Assembly: GCF_009914755.1 (NCBI RefSeq)
Contig: NC_060928.1
Length of the DNA: 64,000 bases
From: the human T2T-CHM13v2.0 reference genome, Homo sapiens
Strand: one strand, 5' to 3'
The notes beneath the pieces were generated by a model. It searched no databases. It was given only the letters and a program-made list of their open reading frames with translations, and was not told the DNA's origin. This document shows, one piece after another, positions 15,092-30,185 of the stretch. The position numbers were made by a program, and so were the translations under genes. Position 1 is the stretch's first letter. Each line of letters starts with the position of its first letter.

Positions 15092-16733
15092 CCATCAGCA
15101 GTTATTTAAAACATCATTGGTATTTATTATCATTATTAATTATGTTTGCTATCATGGATACTAAATATCTGCCCATCTAGATCTATTACCCTGATCTAAA
15201 ATTCTAAGTTCTAACATCACCAAAAAGAACTTGAGAAGAAATGCCTTTCCATAGCCAGAAAACTTGAAGCTGAAGGGATTTTGATTTGCTCAAAGGTATT
15301 CTGTGAGTCCTTTTTATCTGTCTTCATGATCTGGACCCTATAGCTATAAGCTTTCATGTGGGGAATAGTGCTTCAAAATGAAGTGACCATTTACAATATG
15401 AGTCCCCAGTGCAATATCCCTCCTTGGGTAATATTAGGTACTATCTTGGCTCATTTCATCAATATCTTTTTTGACTAGTCTTTTATTGATTGCCCCAAGT
15501 TGTTAACTTCAGATGATACAATTAAAACACAAAGAAAACTGGTTGCAAAGAAAAACTGCAAAATTGTTTTAAATGTTTTTCTTTTTTTAATTTTAAGAGC
15601 TTTAGGGGTACAGGTGTTTTTTGGTTACATGGTTGAATTGTATAGTGGTGAAGTCTGGGATTTTAATGTACCTGACACCTGAGTGGTATACATGGTACCC
15701 AAAAGGTAGTTTTTCGTTCCTTACCTCCCTCCGAACGTCCTCCTTTATGAGTTTTCAAAGTCCATTATACCACTGTGTATGCCTTTGCATACTCATAGCT
15801 TAGCTCCACTTATGAGAACATGCAGCATTTGATTTTCCATTTGAGTACATCACTTAGGAAAATGGTCCCCAGTTCCATTCAAGTTGCTACAAAGGACATA
15901 GCATAAAAAACATCCTTTTTGGCGATTGAGTAGTATCACATGATGTGTATGTACACCGCATTTTCTTGATCTACTTGTTGGGCTCTTAAGTTGATTCCAT
16001 ATCTTTGCAATTGTGAATTGTATTATCATAAACACACATGTGCAGGCAACTTTTTGATATAACAGCTTTTGTTTTCTTTGGGTAGATACTCAGAAGTGGG
16101 ATTGCTGGATCAAATGGTAGTTCCTTTAGTTCTTTAAAAAATCTCTATACTGCTTTCCATAGAGGTTGTACTAGTTTACATTCCCACCAACAGTGTATAA
16201 GCATTCCCTTTTTACTACATCTATCTGGGCCAACATCTATCATTTCTTGACTTTTTAATAATGGCCATTTTGGCTGGGGTAAGGTGGTATCTCATTGTGG
16301 TTTTAATTTACATTTCTCTGATGATTAGTGATGTTGAACATTTTTTTCATGTATTTTTGGCCATTTGTATATTTTCTTTTGAGAAATGTCTATTCATATC
16401 ACTTGCCCACTTTTAAATTTAATCGTTTTTCTTTTCTTGCTGATTTATTTGAGTTCCTTGTAGATTTTGGATATCAGTCCTTTGTTTGAAGTAAAGATTT
16501 TCCCCCAGCCCATAGATTTTGTCTGTTTACTCTGATGATTATTTCTTTTGCTGTTCAGAAGCTTTTTAGTGCAATTAAGTCCCATATATTTATTTATTTA
16601 ACATTTTGCTTCATTTGCTTTTGGGGTCCTAGTCATAATTTTTTTTGCCTAAGCCAATGTCCAGAAGAGTTTTTCCCAGATTTTGGTCTAGAATTTTGAT
16701 GGTTTCAGTTCTTAGAATTAAATCTTTAATCCA

Positions 16734-18158
16734 GTCCCCTCTCCCCTCTCCCCTCTCCCCTCTCCCCACGGTCTCCCTCTCCCTCTCTTTCCACAGTCTC
16801 CCTCTGATGCCGAGCCAAAGGTGGACTGTACTGCTGCCATCTGGGCTCATTGCAACCTCCCTGCCTTATTCTCCTGCCTTAGCCTGCCGAGTGCCTGCGA
16901 TTGCAGGCACGTGCCGCCACGCCTGACTGGTTTTCGTATTTTTTTGGTGGAGACGGGGTTTCGCTGTGTTGGCCAGGCTGGTCTCCAGCTCCTAACCGCT
17001 AGTGATCCGCCAGCCTCGGCCTCCCGAGATGCCGGGATTGCAGACGGAGTCTCGTTCACTCAGTGCTCAATGGTGCCCAGGCTGGAGTGCAGTGGTGTGA
17101 TCTCGGCTCGCTACAATCACCTCCCAGCCGCCTGCCTTGGCCTCCCAAAGAGCCGAGATTGCAGCCTCTGCCCGGCCGTCACCCCGTCTGGGAAGTGAGG
17201 AGCGTCTCTGCCCGGCCGCCCATCGTCTGGGATGTGGGGAGCGCCTCTGCCCCGCCGCCCCGTCTGGGATGTGAGGAGCGCCTCTGCCCGGCCGCGACCC
17301 CGTCTGGGAGGTGAGGAGCGTCTCTGCCCGGCCGCCCCGTCTGAGAAGTGAGGAGACCCTCTGCCTGGCATCCGCCCCGTCTGAGAAGTGAGGAGCCCCT
17401 CCGTCCGGCAGCCACCCCGTCTGGGAAGTGAGGAGCGTCTCCGCCCGGCAGCCACCCCGTCCGGGAGGGAGGTGGGGGTCAGCCCCCGCCAGGCCAGCTG
17501 CCCCGTCAGGGAGGGAAGTGGGGGGGGTCAGCCCCCCGCCCGGCCAGCTGCCCCGTCCGGGAGGTGAGGGGCGCCTCTGCCCAGCCACCCCTACTGGGAA
17601 GTGAGGAGCCCCTCTGCCCGGCCATGACCCCGTCTGGGAGGTGTACCCAACAGCTCATTGAGAACGGGCCATGATGACAATGGCGGTTTTGTGGAATAGA
17701 AAGGCGGGAAAGGTGGGGAAAAGATTGAGAAATCGGATGGTTGCCGTGTCTGTGTAGAGAAGTAGACATGGGAGACTTTTCATTTTGTTCTGTACTAAGA
17801 AAAATTCTTCTGCCTTGGGATCCTGTTGATCTGTGACCTTACCCCCAACCCTGTGCTCTCTGAAACATGTGCTGTGTCCACTCAGGGTTAAATGGATTAA
17901 GGGAGGTGCAAGATGTGCTTTGTTAAACAGATGCTTGAAGGCAGCATGCTCGTTAAGAGTCATCACCACTCCCTAATCTCAAGTACCCAGGGACACAAAC
18001 ACTGCGGAAGGCCGCAGGGTCCTCTGCCTAGGAAAACCAGAGACCTTTGTTCACTTGTTTATCTGCTGACATTCCCTCCACTATTGTCCTGTGACCCTGC
18101 CAAATCTCCCTCTGCGAGAAACACCCAAGAATGATCAATAAAAAAATAAATTAAAAAA
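16734..18158 (+). mobile_element. Full-length SVA retrotransposon, probably SVA_D
   Basis: CCCTCT-type head ~16735-16788, antisense Alu-like domain, GC-rich VNTR ~17166-17645, SINE-R, AATAAA at 18137, A tail. Perfect 14-bp TSD aaatctttaatcca (16720-16733 / 18159-18172). Confidence 0.97.
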
Positions 18159-18310
18159 AAATCTTTAATCCATCTTGAGTTCATTTTTTTATATGGTGAG
18201 TGATAGGGATCCAGTTTCATTCTTCTAGATGTGGCTTGCCAATTTTTTAGCACTGATTATTGAGTAGGGTGTCCTTCCCCCAGTTTATGTTTGTGTATGC
18301 TTTGTCAAAG

Positions 18311-18574
<264 letters not shown>

Positions 18575-20220
18575 GGTCAGTTGGTTGTAAGTATTTGGCT
18601 TTATCTTGGGGTTCTTTTTTCTGTATCACTGGTCTATGTATACACTTTTATACCAGTACCTTACTGTTTTGGTTACTATTGCCTTGTAGTATAATTTGAA
18701 GTCAGGCAATGCGATGGCTCCAGATTTATTTTTCAAGCTTAGGATTGCTTTGGCTATTTGGGTTCTTTTTTGGTTTCATATTAATTTTAGGATGTTTTTT
18801 CTAAGTCTGTGAAAAATGATATTGGCATTTTAATAGGAACTGCACTGAATCTACAGATTGTTTTGGGCAGTGTGGTAATTTTCACAATATTGATTCTTCC
18901 AATCTATCAGCAATGAGATGTATTTCCATTTGTTCGTATCAACTATGATTTCTTTCAGCAGTGTTTTGTAGTTCTTGTAAATATCTTTCAACTCCTTGCT
19001 TAAATATATTCCTAAGTATTTTATAATTTTTTTGGTAGCAATTGTAAAAGGAATTGAGTCCTTGATTTGATTCTCAGCTTGCTCGTTGTTGGTGCATAGC
19101 AGTGCTACTGATTTGTGTACATTTATCTTGTAACCTGAGACTTTACTGAATTCATTGATCAAATCTAGGAGTCTTTTGGATGTGTCATTAGGGTTTTCTA
19201 TGTGAATGATCATATATCAGTGAACAGCGATGGTTACACTTCCTCTTTTCCAGTTTGAATGCCATTTATTTCTGTCTCTTGCCTGATTGCTCCAGCCATA
19301 ACTTCCAGTAGTATGTTGAATAGAAGTGGTGAAAGCTGGCATCTTCGTCTTGTTCCAGTTCTTAGGGGGAATGCTTTCAACTTTTCCCCATTCAGTATGA
19401 TATTGGCTATGGGTTTGTCATATATGGGTTTGTCTTATTTTGTGGTATGTTCTTTCTATGCCTAGCTTATTGAGGCTTTTTATCATAAAGGGATGTTCAT
19501 TGTATTGAATTTTTTCTGCGTCTATTGAGATGATCATATGGTTTTTGTTTTTAATTCTGTTTATGTGATGAATCGCATTTATTGAATTGCGTATATTGAA
19601 CCATCCCTCCATCCCTGGGATGAAACCCACTTAAGCCTGGTGAATTTTTTTTATATGTTGTTAGATTCATTTTGCTAACATTTTGTTGAGGATTTTTGTA
19701 TCTATGTTCATAAGGAATATTGGCCTGTGATTTCCTTTTTTTGTTATGTCCTTTCCTGGCTTTGATACTGGCTTTATAGGATGAGTAAGGATGATTCCTT
19801 CCTTCTGAATAGTTTGTAATAGTTTCAACTATTGAGAAGGAGTAATATTAATACCAGTTCTTCTTTGAATGTCTGGTAGAATTTGTGAATCCATTTGGTC
19901 CTGGGGCTTTTTATTTGTTGGCAGATTTTAAAAATTACCGATTCAATCTCAGTGCTTGTCATTGGTCTTTTCAGGATTTTTATTTCTTCCTGATTCAAGC
20001 TAGGGGGGTTGTATGTTTCCAGTAATTCATCCATTTCCTCTAGTTTTTCCACTTTATTTGTGTAGAACTTTTCATAGTAGTCTTGAACCATCTTTTGTAT
20101 TTCCATGGCGTCAGATGTAATGCCCTATTTTCATTTCTAACTGAGCTTATTTGAATCTTCTCTCCTTGGTTAATCTAGCTAGTGATCTACCAATTCTGTT
20201 TACTTTTTCGAAGAACCACC

Positions 20221-20523
<303 letters not shown>

Positions 20524-20934
20524 CAACTTTTTGTTTCACTGGTTTTTTTTTTTTTTTTTTTTTTTTGGTTTTCATTTCATTTTGTTCTGTTCTGATTTTT
20601 GTATTTCTTTTCTTCTGCTAGCTTTGGGTTTGGTTTGTTCTTGGAAAACTGCAAATTTTTTAAAGGAAGCAAGATTTCATGAAGGTGATTAAAGTGATAT
20701 TGGGGAACTGTTGAATCAGTCATTAATTTAAGAAATACTTATTGGGTACCTACTTGGGTGTCCAAATTGGGTACCATTTTCTAGGTACTAAGTGTTAGAG
20801 ATTAACGTTGACTATTCCAGCCTTCATGGACCTGACATGCCAAACTTCCATAAAACCACTGGCAAATGGATCTGGTGAAGTTGAACCAGTTAACAATCAG
20901 AAGAGATAATCAAAAATATGATGTGATAGATGCT

Positions 20935-21448
20935 TTCAGTGGATTTAAAACATTTCTGCAAATTCTTTGACATTCTTCCTACAAAAGGTGAAACGTAATC
21001 TTTCTCTCCTTGAAGATGGGTGGACTTTAGAAGTTTGCTTCCAAAGACGAGAGTTTAGCAGAAGTGATGCTGTATGACTTCACAAGCTAGGTCATAAAAG
21101 TGAAATGGCGTCTGCCTTCTCTTTCAGGGGCCCACCTGAAGCTGCCATGCTGGGAAGACCATGTGGTGAGATCAGAGAGAAATGGAGAAAGATGCTTAAG
21201 GAGTGCTTGTTGTTTTGTTCCCCAGCTGTTGGAGTCTTCCCAGGCCAGATGCCAGATGTATGAGTTAACAAGCCGACAGGTGACACCGCTCCCAGACTGA
21301 CCCCATCAGCTGGGACGAGTGGAGAAAGGGTGAGCTATTCCCACTGTGCCCTGCTCAAACTGCCCATTTTTGAGCAAAATAGGTGTTATTCTAAGCCAGT
21401 AAGTTTTGGGGAAATTTGTCACAGAGTTATTTTCCAATAACTGGAAAA
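20935..21448 (+). mobile_element. MLT1G/H-like LTR
   Basis: 'gcaaattctttgacattc', 'agaagtgatgctgtatgacttc', 3' end 'taagccagtaagttttgggg...aataactggaa'. Confidence 0.75.
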
Positions 21449-22639
21449 ATGCCTCAAGTGAGCATGATAGGAATATCAAAGGATTAATAGAGATCCATGA
21501 GAAAACTGAAGAAACCTTTGCATATTTTTTGCAGAAATAACACTCTTTATAATGATTCTGTTTAAGTCACATGGGAAATGATGGATGTCAAATGGGGTAG
21601 TTATTCAATTCAGTTAAGAAGAGAAAGAAGGAAATGAAGGATCATTGTTGTATTTAGGTGTTAGAGGGAGGCAGTGATCCTATCAGAGTGTGCTACTATC
21701 CAAAAAACATCTTCCAGATGGTTCCTAAAACAAAGACCCTGCAGTTGGAAGTGGTTAGAAAGGCCTTGCCTTATATGAGACTAACAACACAATTCATGGT
21801 TCATTAGAACCAGCTTTTACTTTGAACATCAAGATGCATGAATATCACACAGAGAATAAGGGGTCAACCATTTAAGCTTGGGAACTGAACTACTTGGAGT
21901 TCTTGTTTTGCATGCTCAGTCCCTTAGGATGGAACTGGCGTTTTCTTAGTGATTGTTTTCTTCACTAATGTAGTTAGGAAGAAGAGAGAATTTTTGCAGA
22001 ATGTGGAATTTGGCAGAGGGAGAATATATTGGACTGGCTGCATTTCCTTGCCTCTGGGCATGGTTTACTCCTTAAAGGTTAGAGCCAAGGGTATTCTTTA
22101 TCTTCCAACATTTTCATTTAGGGCAATCAAACACCACAGTCTGCAGTCTTCAGCTTTAGTCAATCTCAGACTTCAATACAGAGGATGGTATTTTATTATC
22201 TCCTTGGGTTGTTTTCGGAACTTTGAAAAAAGTTGCGCAAACGCTTCTACTGACTGGATGACTATAACAGGGTAGAACAAACCACTAGAGTCTAGTTTCA
22301 CTTAGGAAAGCAATTTTCATTGTTCAGGACACCTGTAGTAAGGATACTGGTACAAGTAGGCTTTGGATTTCTTAGAAACCTCTTCTGTAAGTAGTCAGTA
22401 CTCCCATTTTATTGAAGGCACAGAGAGGGGATTTGGCAAATAAAAAAAATTGTTCATCGTAGACACTATAATTTTGTAGGCACTATAATTTTGTTTTTAA
22501 AGCTTTTACTGGCCAGCACAAACCTGATTTACCCACAATGAGCTTTTTTCTCTTCATAAACAAATGTACATCTGAAATCCTTTAGGGATGAATGTAGGAA
22601 GATCTGTCTGCTATGCCTGACTGTAGACTCAAAGTCTCA

Positions 22640-22825
22640 GTCCCAGCCTTGGCTTTCTAGCTACCACATGACCATGCTTGAGCCACTAAACCCATTGAAT
22701 CTCAGTGTCCACACCTGCAAATTGGGAGTAAGTCATAACTACCTGCCACTGGGATCAGAGGCTTGCATGAGGGGCTTGTGGATGGCCTCAGACAGGACCT
22801 GGCATAGAGTAGCTAGCTGCTCCAT
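22640..22825 (+). mobile_element. MIR SINE
   Basis: Diverged MIR core 'tctcagtgtccacacctgcaaattggg...cctggcatagagt'. Confidence 0.6.
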
Positions 22826-22989
22826 GAGTACTAACTGGCAACCTATGGACTCCTCTGAGCCTTACCTTTCTTATCAGCATGACAGGAGTGCTGTGAGGAG
22901 CAAGATATGTGTGACAGGGAAGATGCAATGCAAGAGACAAATATAAGGTGTGTAGCTATTCACTTCCATCTAGGGATTAAGAGAGATGT

Positions 22990-23586
22990 TGTGAACCCAA
23001 AATATCTGAGATAGGTCTCAGTCAATTTAGAACGTTTATTTTGCCAAGGTTAAGGACGCACCTGTGACACGACCTCAGGAAGTCCTGATGACATGTGCCC
23101 TAGGTGGTCAGGGTACAGCTTGCTTTTATACAGTTTAGAGAGACATGAGATATCAATGAATATGTGTGAGATGTACATTGGTTCCGTTTGGTAAGGTGAG
23201 ACAACTTGAAGTGGGGGCTTCCATTAGAAGTAGATAAGAGACAAAAAATTGCATTCTTTTGAGTCCTTGATCAGCCTTCCACTAAATACACAATTTAGTC
23301 TGGTTCAGTGAATCTACATTTTTACATAAACAATAGAGCAGAGGAAGCAATCAGATATGAATTTGTCTCAGATGAGCCTCAGAGGGTTGACTTTGAGTTC
23401 TACCTGTCCTTTGTCTGCAAGGAATTTCCTTGTTGGCAAATTATCAGGGAGGTATGTAGTTTTTTATCTTTGTAGCTATGTTATTTAGAAATAAAATGGG
23501 AGGCAGATTTGCCTGATGCACTTCCCAGCCTGACTTTTCCCTTGGCTTAGTGATTTTGGGGCCCTGAGATCTATTTTCTTTTCACA
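22990..23586 (-). mobile_element. MER4A-family (ERV1) solo LTR
   Basis: TG...CA termini. Reverse complement starts tgtgaaaagaaaatagatctcagggccccaaaatcactaagcc. Perfect 4-bp TSD atgt (22986-22989 / 23587-23590). Confidence 0.92.
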
Positions 23587-23815
23587 ATGTCAGTGGAGGC
23601 TATGAAGAGGGTGCCCTGAATAAGCAGTCTTCAAGATGATTTGCACAACAGCAGGAGGTGGGCAGCTGGAAAAGTCATCTGGCAATTAGGGGTTAAGGAC
23701 TAATGTTCACACCACAAATGTGGGCCCTGCCCTTTATCTGTAAAGCAGAAGGGAACATCACTGTCATTTGTCAGAAGTGGGTGTATCATTCTTGGGCCTT
23801 TGGCAGGTTGGCATT

Positions 23816-24645
23816 TGTGATATTGTGATACAGTAAGAAACATGTTTCTGGTCTTCACCCCTGGTTTCTGGCACGGAGCTTCTGAAACCCTTGGAATTTC
23901 TTGGGAGATTGGGTGTGAGAGGAACATCCATTTATAATAAGCTCCTTTCAACCACACTCAAGTTTGTGCTAATGCAGTGACTCTGGGAGGAGTCACAAAC
24001 CAGGGGAACCAACCATATGATTAGAGGGTTAGAACTTACAGCCCCACCCCCAAACAGGAGAGGGGACAGTGGCTGGAACTTGGTTTAATCACCTGTAACC
24101 AAAGATTTAGTTAAGCATGCCTACATAATGAAGTCTCCATAAAAGCCCCAATAATAGGGTTTGGAGAGCTTCTGGAATGGTGAGCACATGGAAGTGCTGG
24201 GAGGGTTTTGCATCCCCAGAGGGCACGGAGACTCTATACCCCTTCCCCATTCCTTACTCTACTAATCTCTTCTATTTGCTGCTCCTGAGTTGTATTCTTT
24301 ATAATAAAGCAGTAAGAGTAAGGAATGTAAACTGTTTTCCTGAGTTCTATCGGCTTTCTAGCAAACTATCAAACCACAGGAGGGGGTTGTGGAAACCCCC
24401 AATTTATAGCAGATTGGCCAGAATTATGGGAGGCCTGGGCTGGGGATTAATATCTGAAGTAGGGGAAGTCTTGTGGGATTGAGTCCTTAACCTGTGAAAT
24501 CTACACTAACCTTGGGTAGTTAGTGTCAGAATTAAATTGTAGGACACCAGTTGGTGTCTGCAGAGAACTAGAGAATTGCTTGGTGGAAAACAACACATGT
24601 GATGTCAGAAGTATTGTGTAAGTATAAAAAAAGTTTTCTTTTATT
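23816..24645 (+). mobile_element. MER21-family solo LTR
   Basis: Starts tgtgatattgtgata...aaacccttggaatttc and contains 'tagtgtcagaattaaattgtaggacaccagttggtgtctgc'. Confidence 0.88.
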
Positions 24646-25391
24646 AGACCTCACCTCACCTGAGCACTGGCTGGAACTTTTGGGCTGTCATAGCAATTTA
24701 CCTGAACTAGTTCAGTATCAAGCCTATTCGGTGTGCAATGAGACAGCGCAGGGGTTAAGGGTAGCAGTGAGGGTAGGATGCTTAGCAGGTGGACACTGCA
24801 AGTGACCTAGCATGGAAAAATGCCAGTCGCAAACTAGGTGCAAGTGGCAGGTCCTGTGTGCAACTAAAACAGCTTCTTCACTGGCAATATGGTTCTTGCA
24901 AACAGAGTCCCTCCTGCCTGGTACATACTTAAGTGATTAGTTGATGTGGGTGATTAATGTGGTGCAGTGGGGAGGAACAGCTAAGGAGAAGGAAGTTAAA
25001 GGTCAACCAGTTGGAGGAAAAAATAATTAAGTTATTAATATTAGGTGTGTTCTTAATCTTGGAGGCAATTTACTTGTTGCATCTAATGAAATAGATGTGA
25101 AACTTAGTCTCAGCCTTGGGTTCTCTCTGGCTCTCTCTCCAACCTTGTTTCTATTTCGTACCTTCTGTCTCTGATTTCCTTAGTCTGTGTTTCCCCTCCT
25201 TCTTTGCAAACTATGTCCCATTTCTCCCCTGCCTTTCTCTTTCTTCTGTTTCTCAGTCCCTCTTTGTTTTTTCTTCTCCACCTCTGTGTATCTCTCTCTT
25301 TCTCAGAGGAAGGAGATTTTCTTTCTCGCTCCTCTTTATTAGACTACAAAAATAAGTGAATAAAAGCAATCTACTTCAATGATCTAAATAA

Positions 25392-25844
<453 letters not shown>

Positions 25845-26249
25845 TATGCTTATGTTTTACATAGGTTAAGTCTCAGAGGTTAGAAACTTGCCCAAGGTCA
25901 ACCATGGGCTGGGGGCAGAGTCTGGGCCACTCTTCAGAGGCTGAAGCATATGCTTCAACCAGGGGGATGCTCCCTCAAGTACAGAGATGAATTCCAATCA
26001 GGACCCAGATTTTCTAACCTAGGCCCATCTGGTCTTGTCTGGAATATAGGATATGTGACAAGGTTTAGGGTCAGGACTAAGGATACTCTGTACTCCACCT
26101 TCCAACCAGTTTTAGGTCAAGTTGACTGAAAAGAACACCAAAGGAAAAAGAGGGGTGAAGTAGGAGAAAGAAGAAAAACAATCCCAAAATGGCAAAAGGA
26201 AACTTGCATCTTAAGGGGCTATGAGAAAAGTGTGTTTAATTTCACAGAA

Positions 26250-26465
26250 GCTGGAATCAAATTTCCTTGTTTCAAATCCCAGCTCAGACAACTAACTAAA
26301 TAATTCTGCTATCTTGGGCAAGTTACTTAACCTCTCCCATCCTCCATTCCCTCATCGGCAAAATAAGGAGAATTATGATCCTTACATAAGAGGGTTGCTT
26401 GTGTGTATAAAATGAGATAATCCATATCAAAATGTCCAGTACAGTAAACAAGTTTTCAATGAATG
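26250..26465 (+). mobile_element. MIR SINE
   Basis: 'cttgggcaagttacttaacctctc' core. Confidence 0.85.
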
Positions 26466-27837
26466 ATGATGAAAACAAGTCCCCATTTGTTTCGTTTTTA
26501 ACATTAGCTGGTACTGCTGCTACCACTCCAGACTGAGTCACTGCCTGGAATCATCAGATATGTACTGAGTGCTTTACATTAGCTGGGAGCCAAGTTCTGC
26601 AAAAACAAAAGTAAACAAAACATATTTTCTGATCGAAGACAGTACTGCCTATTGGGTGAGACATGCCATTTTGTTCCGTGGGAATTTCAATACAGTGTGA
26701 CTGATGTGTGTTGAGATAATATGGGAAGCCAGGAGGGGGCATCCAGTCAGGGCCCCCCCAGATCTGGATGCTAGTGTTCCTCTTTTGATTTGCAGATGGA
26801 GGCAGTCTCTGCACAGGACTTCATCTTACCAGATTTAGCAGGCAGGGATCACTGAGGAAAATAGGATGGTCTCAAGAGTATGGCCACCACGTGGGTCAAA
26901 AGCCTTGTCTGTGGGACAGATATCACCACTGGAGCACACAGGCCTCTATGCCCAGCCAACACTCCTGGCATTTTGAACATTAATACAAAAAGAGACAAAT
27001 CCTTTCCAGCCATTCTGTTTGATGTTTTGTGACTGCCTCTCCCCGCCCCATGCTGCAGATGGAGATGTTTTAGCAGCGGGGAGAGCAGGCAGGACTTACT
27101 GCTCAGAAGGGTCCCCCATCAGCACAGTTGTCTGCAGGGGCAAGCATATTCATATTAGCGTTTTGTGGATAGCTACAAAAGGTATTCTCAACAAGGTCAG
27201 TGTCGCCCAGCTTTATCTCCTTATGCGCCTCTTCTCACAATAGCGTGTACAGAAAAGAAACAGCAGGGTATAGAAAAAAATAAAGCAATGGCCTGCTCTC
27301 CAAAGGCAGGGGGGATGCTGGAGTGGAACTGCAGTTCCAGTTCCTCATGGGCGGTATCAATAGTCCTGACGGCTACTACATGCCCACAGGCGGCAGAGGG
27401 CTTCGTGGTTTGGGATGGGAATGACAAGTGTGCGGGATGAACGTGGCCTTGTCTCTGCATCTTGTTGTGGTCTGAAATACACCATTGTGCTTCCCTTCAC
27501 ATTTCCTCTTTCTTGGGCACAAGAACATTTCTCCCGGATTAGACTAACAGTTTTAAGAGAAATTCTTGGCATTGAAACACAATGATGCTGTGAATACTCC
27601 TCTGTGATAAGATGAGGCTTTAAGGAAACTCATTGCTGTTGCTGATTTCGTTTTCATCATTACTGATCACAACATTGTCCACAATAGACCAACACATCAT
27701 TCTTAGGCAGGAGAGCAGAGTGGTTAAAAACACAGACTCTGGGCCCAGAAGCCTGGATCCAAAAGCTCTGGCTCTACTATTTACTGTGACTCTGGGCCAG
27801 GCCCTTCAATTCTCTTTTTCAGTTTCCTCATCTGTAA

Positions 27838-28195
<358 letters not shown>

Positions 28196-28303
28196 TTGTG
28201 CTTTGGTTTTCATACGTATAAAATGGGGACAAGTAATGGTAACTCCTTCAAAGCATTGTGGTGAGGACTGAGATAACGCATGAATAACAAATCACTTAGC
28301 CTC

Positions 28304-28668
28304 TGATATGGTTTGGTTGTGTCCCCACCCAAATCTCATCTTGAATTGTAGCTCCCATAATTTCCACATGTTGTGGGAGGGACCCGGTGGGAGGTAATTG
28401 AATCATGGGGGTGGATCTTTCCTCTGCTGTACTCATGACAGTGAATAAGTCTCATGGGATCTGATGGTTTTATAAAGGCTAGTTCCCCTACACATGCTCT
28501 CTTGTCTGCCACCATGTAAGACGTAATTTTGCTGCTCCTTTGCCTTCCACCATGATTTTGAGGCCTCCCCAGACATGTGGAAATGTAAGTCCATTCAACC
28601 TCCTTTTCTTTGTAAGTTATCCAGTCTCAGGTATGTCTTTATTAGCAGCATGAGAACAGACTAATACA
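28304..28668 (+). mobile_element. THE1 (THE1B/C-like) MaLR solo LTR
   Basis: tgatatggtttggttgtgtccccacccaaatctcatcttg ... agactaataca. 5-bp TSD gcctc / acctc. Confidence 0.93.
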
Positions 28669-29649
28669 ACCTCTCTGTGCCTCAGTTCCCTCAAATGTAA
28701 ATTGGGAATAATCATGCAACCCACCCTGTAGGGCTGTTGTAGGGATTTAAATGAGCACTAAACACAGTTAAAGTGCCCAGGACAGTGTGGTGAACATAGC
28801 AAGCACACAATGCACTTCAGCCATTATTTTAATGAGATCACTACCACTCTATCACATTATTTGACTACTACTATTACCATTGATTCAATGTGTATTGTCT
28901 TAAAAATGCTTCCATAGTGACCCACATATTCCAACTTGTCTCACTCTGAGTTTCCTCAGGAGCCAGCAGTTTTGCATGCTCCCTCCCCCAGTTTTGGCCT
29001 GTTTATCCACTCTGATTTTTTTATTGACTCAAATACTGCCTCCCTGGGTACCGTCCACATGCACCAAGTTAATGGTGTGCTATTTGCTGAGTGAGGCTTT
29101 TCCCCATCTTGTTTCAGTCCATGAGTGGTCTCTGGAGCTCCCTCCTGACATAAAGAGCTCAGGTGTAATGTTATTAGAGCTCCCAGTGGACTCCTGGTAT
29201 ACCTCGGTTTTGCGAATATAACTGCTTTCAAGCAATTTCAGAATGTTATTAGCCTGAGGCTTTCACTCAGGCAGGGAGAGTCAGCATTAATTAATTAATG
29301 TTCCCAATCTTTGGCTTTCTGGAATCTTTGCTTGTATGTTTTACCTTCCAGGGTTTATGTGTCAGAATATATAAACTCTGACTCATATAACTCCCCAACC
29401 TGCTCAAATCCTTTCTGGAAATGGCAGAATACAAAATGTGAATAGTAATAGCTTAAATCTTCTCGCATCATTTATTTATTCATTCACTCTTTGAAGCATT
29501 TATTGAGTGCCTACTGCATGGCAGGCATGTTGGAGGGAAGTAGAGGTAGCAATGAGAAAGCCATGGGGAAGAGAAAGATGTCCCAGGCATGCTCAGACCC
29601 ATCTTTACGGAATAAAAAAAGATAAATAAATGAATAAGAATCATAAATA

Positions 29650-29865
29650 ACTTTTAATGAGCTCTTACTAATAGTATTGGCTATACCTGCTTTATCTTAT
29701 CCGGTCCTCAGAGAACAGCTATCATTATGCCCATTTTCCAGAGGTGGAAGCTGTGGCTTAGCCAGATCAAGCAACGTGCCCAAGATCACACTGCTAGAAA
29801 GTGGCAGAACCATGATGGGAATCCAGGTGTGTTTTGTTCACAGCTCATGATCCTAAACACTACAC
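29650..29865 (-). mobile_element. MIR SINE
   Basis: 'attatgcccattttccagagg...tgcccaagatcacactgctagaaagtggcaga'. Confidence 0.75.
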
Positions 29866-30185
29866 TTTGCTGCCTCTGTAGTGGTCAGTCACGCAGGGGG
29901 GAACCTGAAGTCAGTTTGAGGAAATTGAGATGTTTTAAGGGAAAATAACCCCTGTGAATATTAGTCCTCTGGAACTTTCAGCCTGGTGTGGCATGGACAG
30001 AATGACTTTGGCTGCCCAGAGAAAGCCATCAGGCCGCGAGAACTCAGGTTGCCAGCACCACCCTGACAAGACCCAAGAGGATGTGGGGAGTGTACCACAG
30101 CTCTGCAGCAATCCTTGCACTAGCCCTGAGGAATCTGAGGCACAGAGGCTAAGTGACTTGCCCAGGGTCACAGAGCTAAAAGTGG

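Noticed and set aside
17166-17645. Repeat array superficially like CRISPR
   Set aside because: Tandem ~37-50 bp SVA VNTR units with no unique spacers, in a primate context with no cas genes.
16821-18134. Overlapping GC-rich ORFs up to 173 aa (e.g. 17067-17588)
   Set aside because: They are translations of the SVA Alu-like, VNTR and SINE-R domains, which are stop-poor because of composition.
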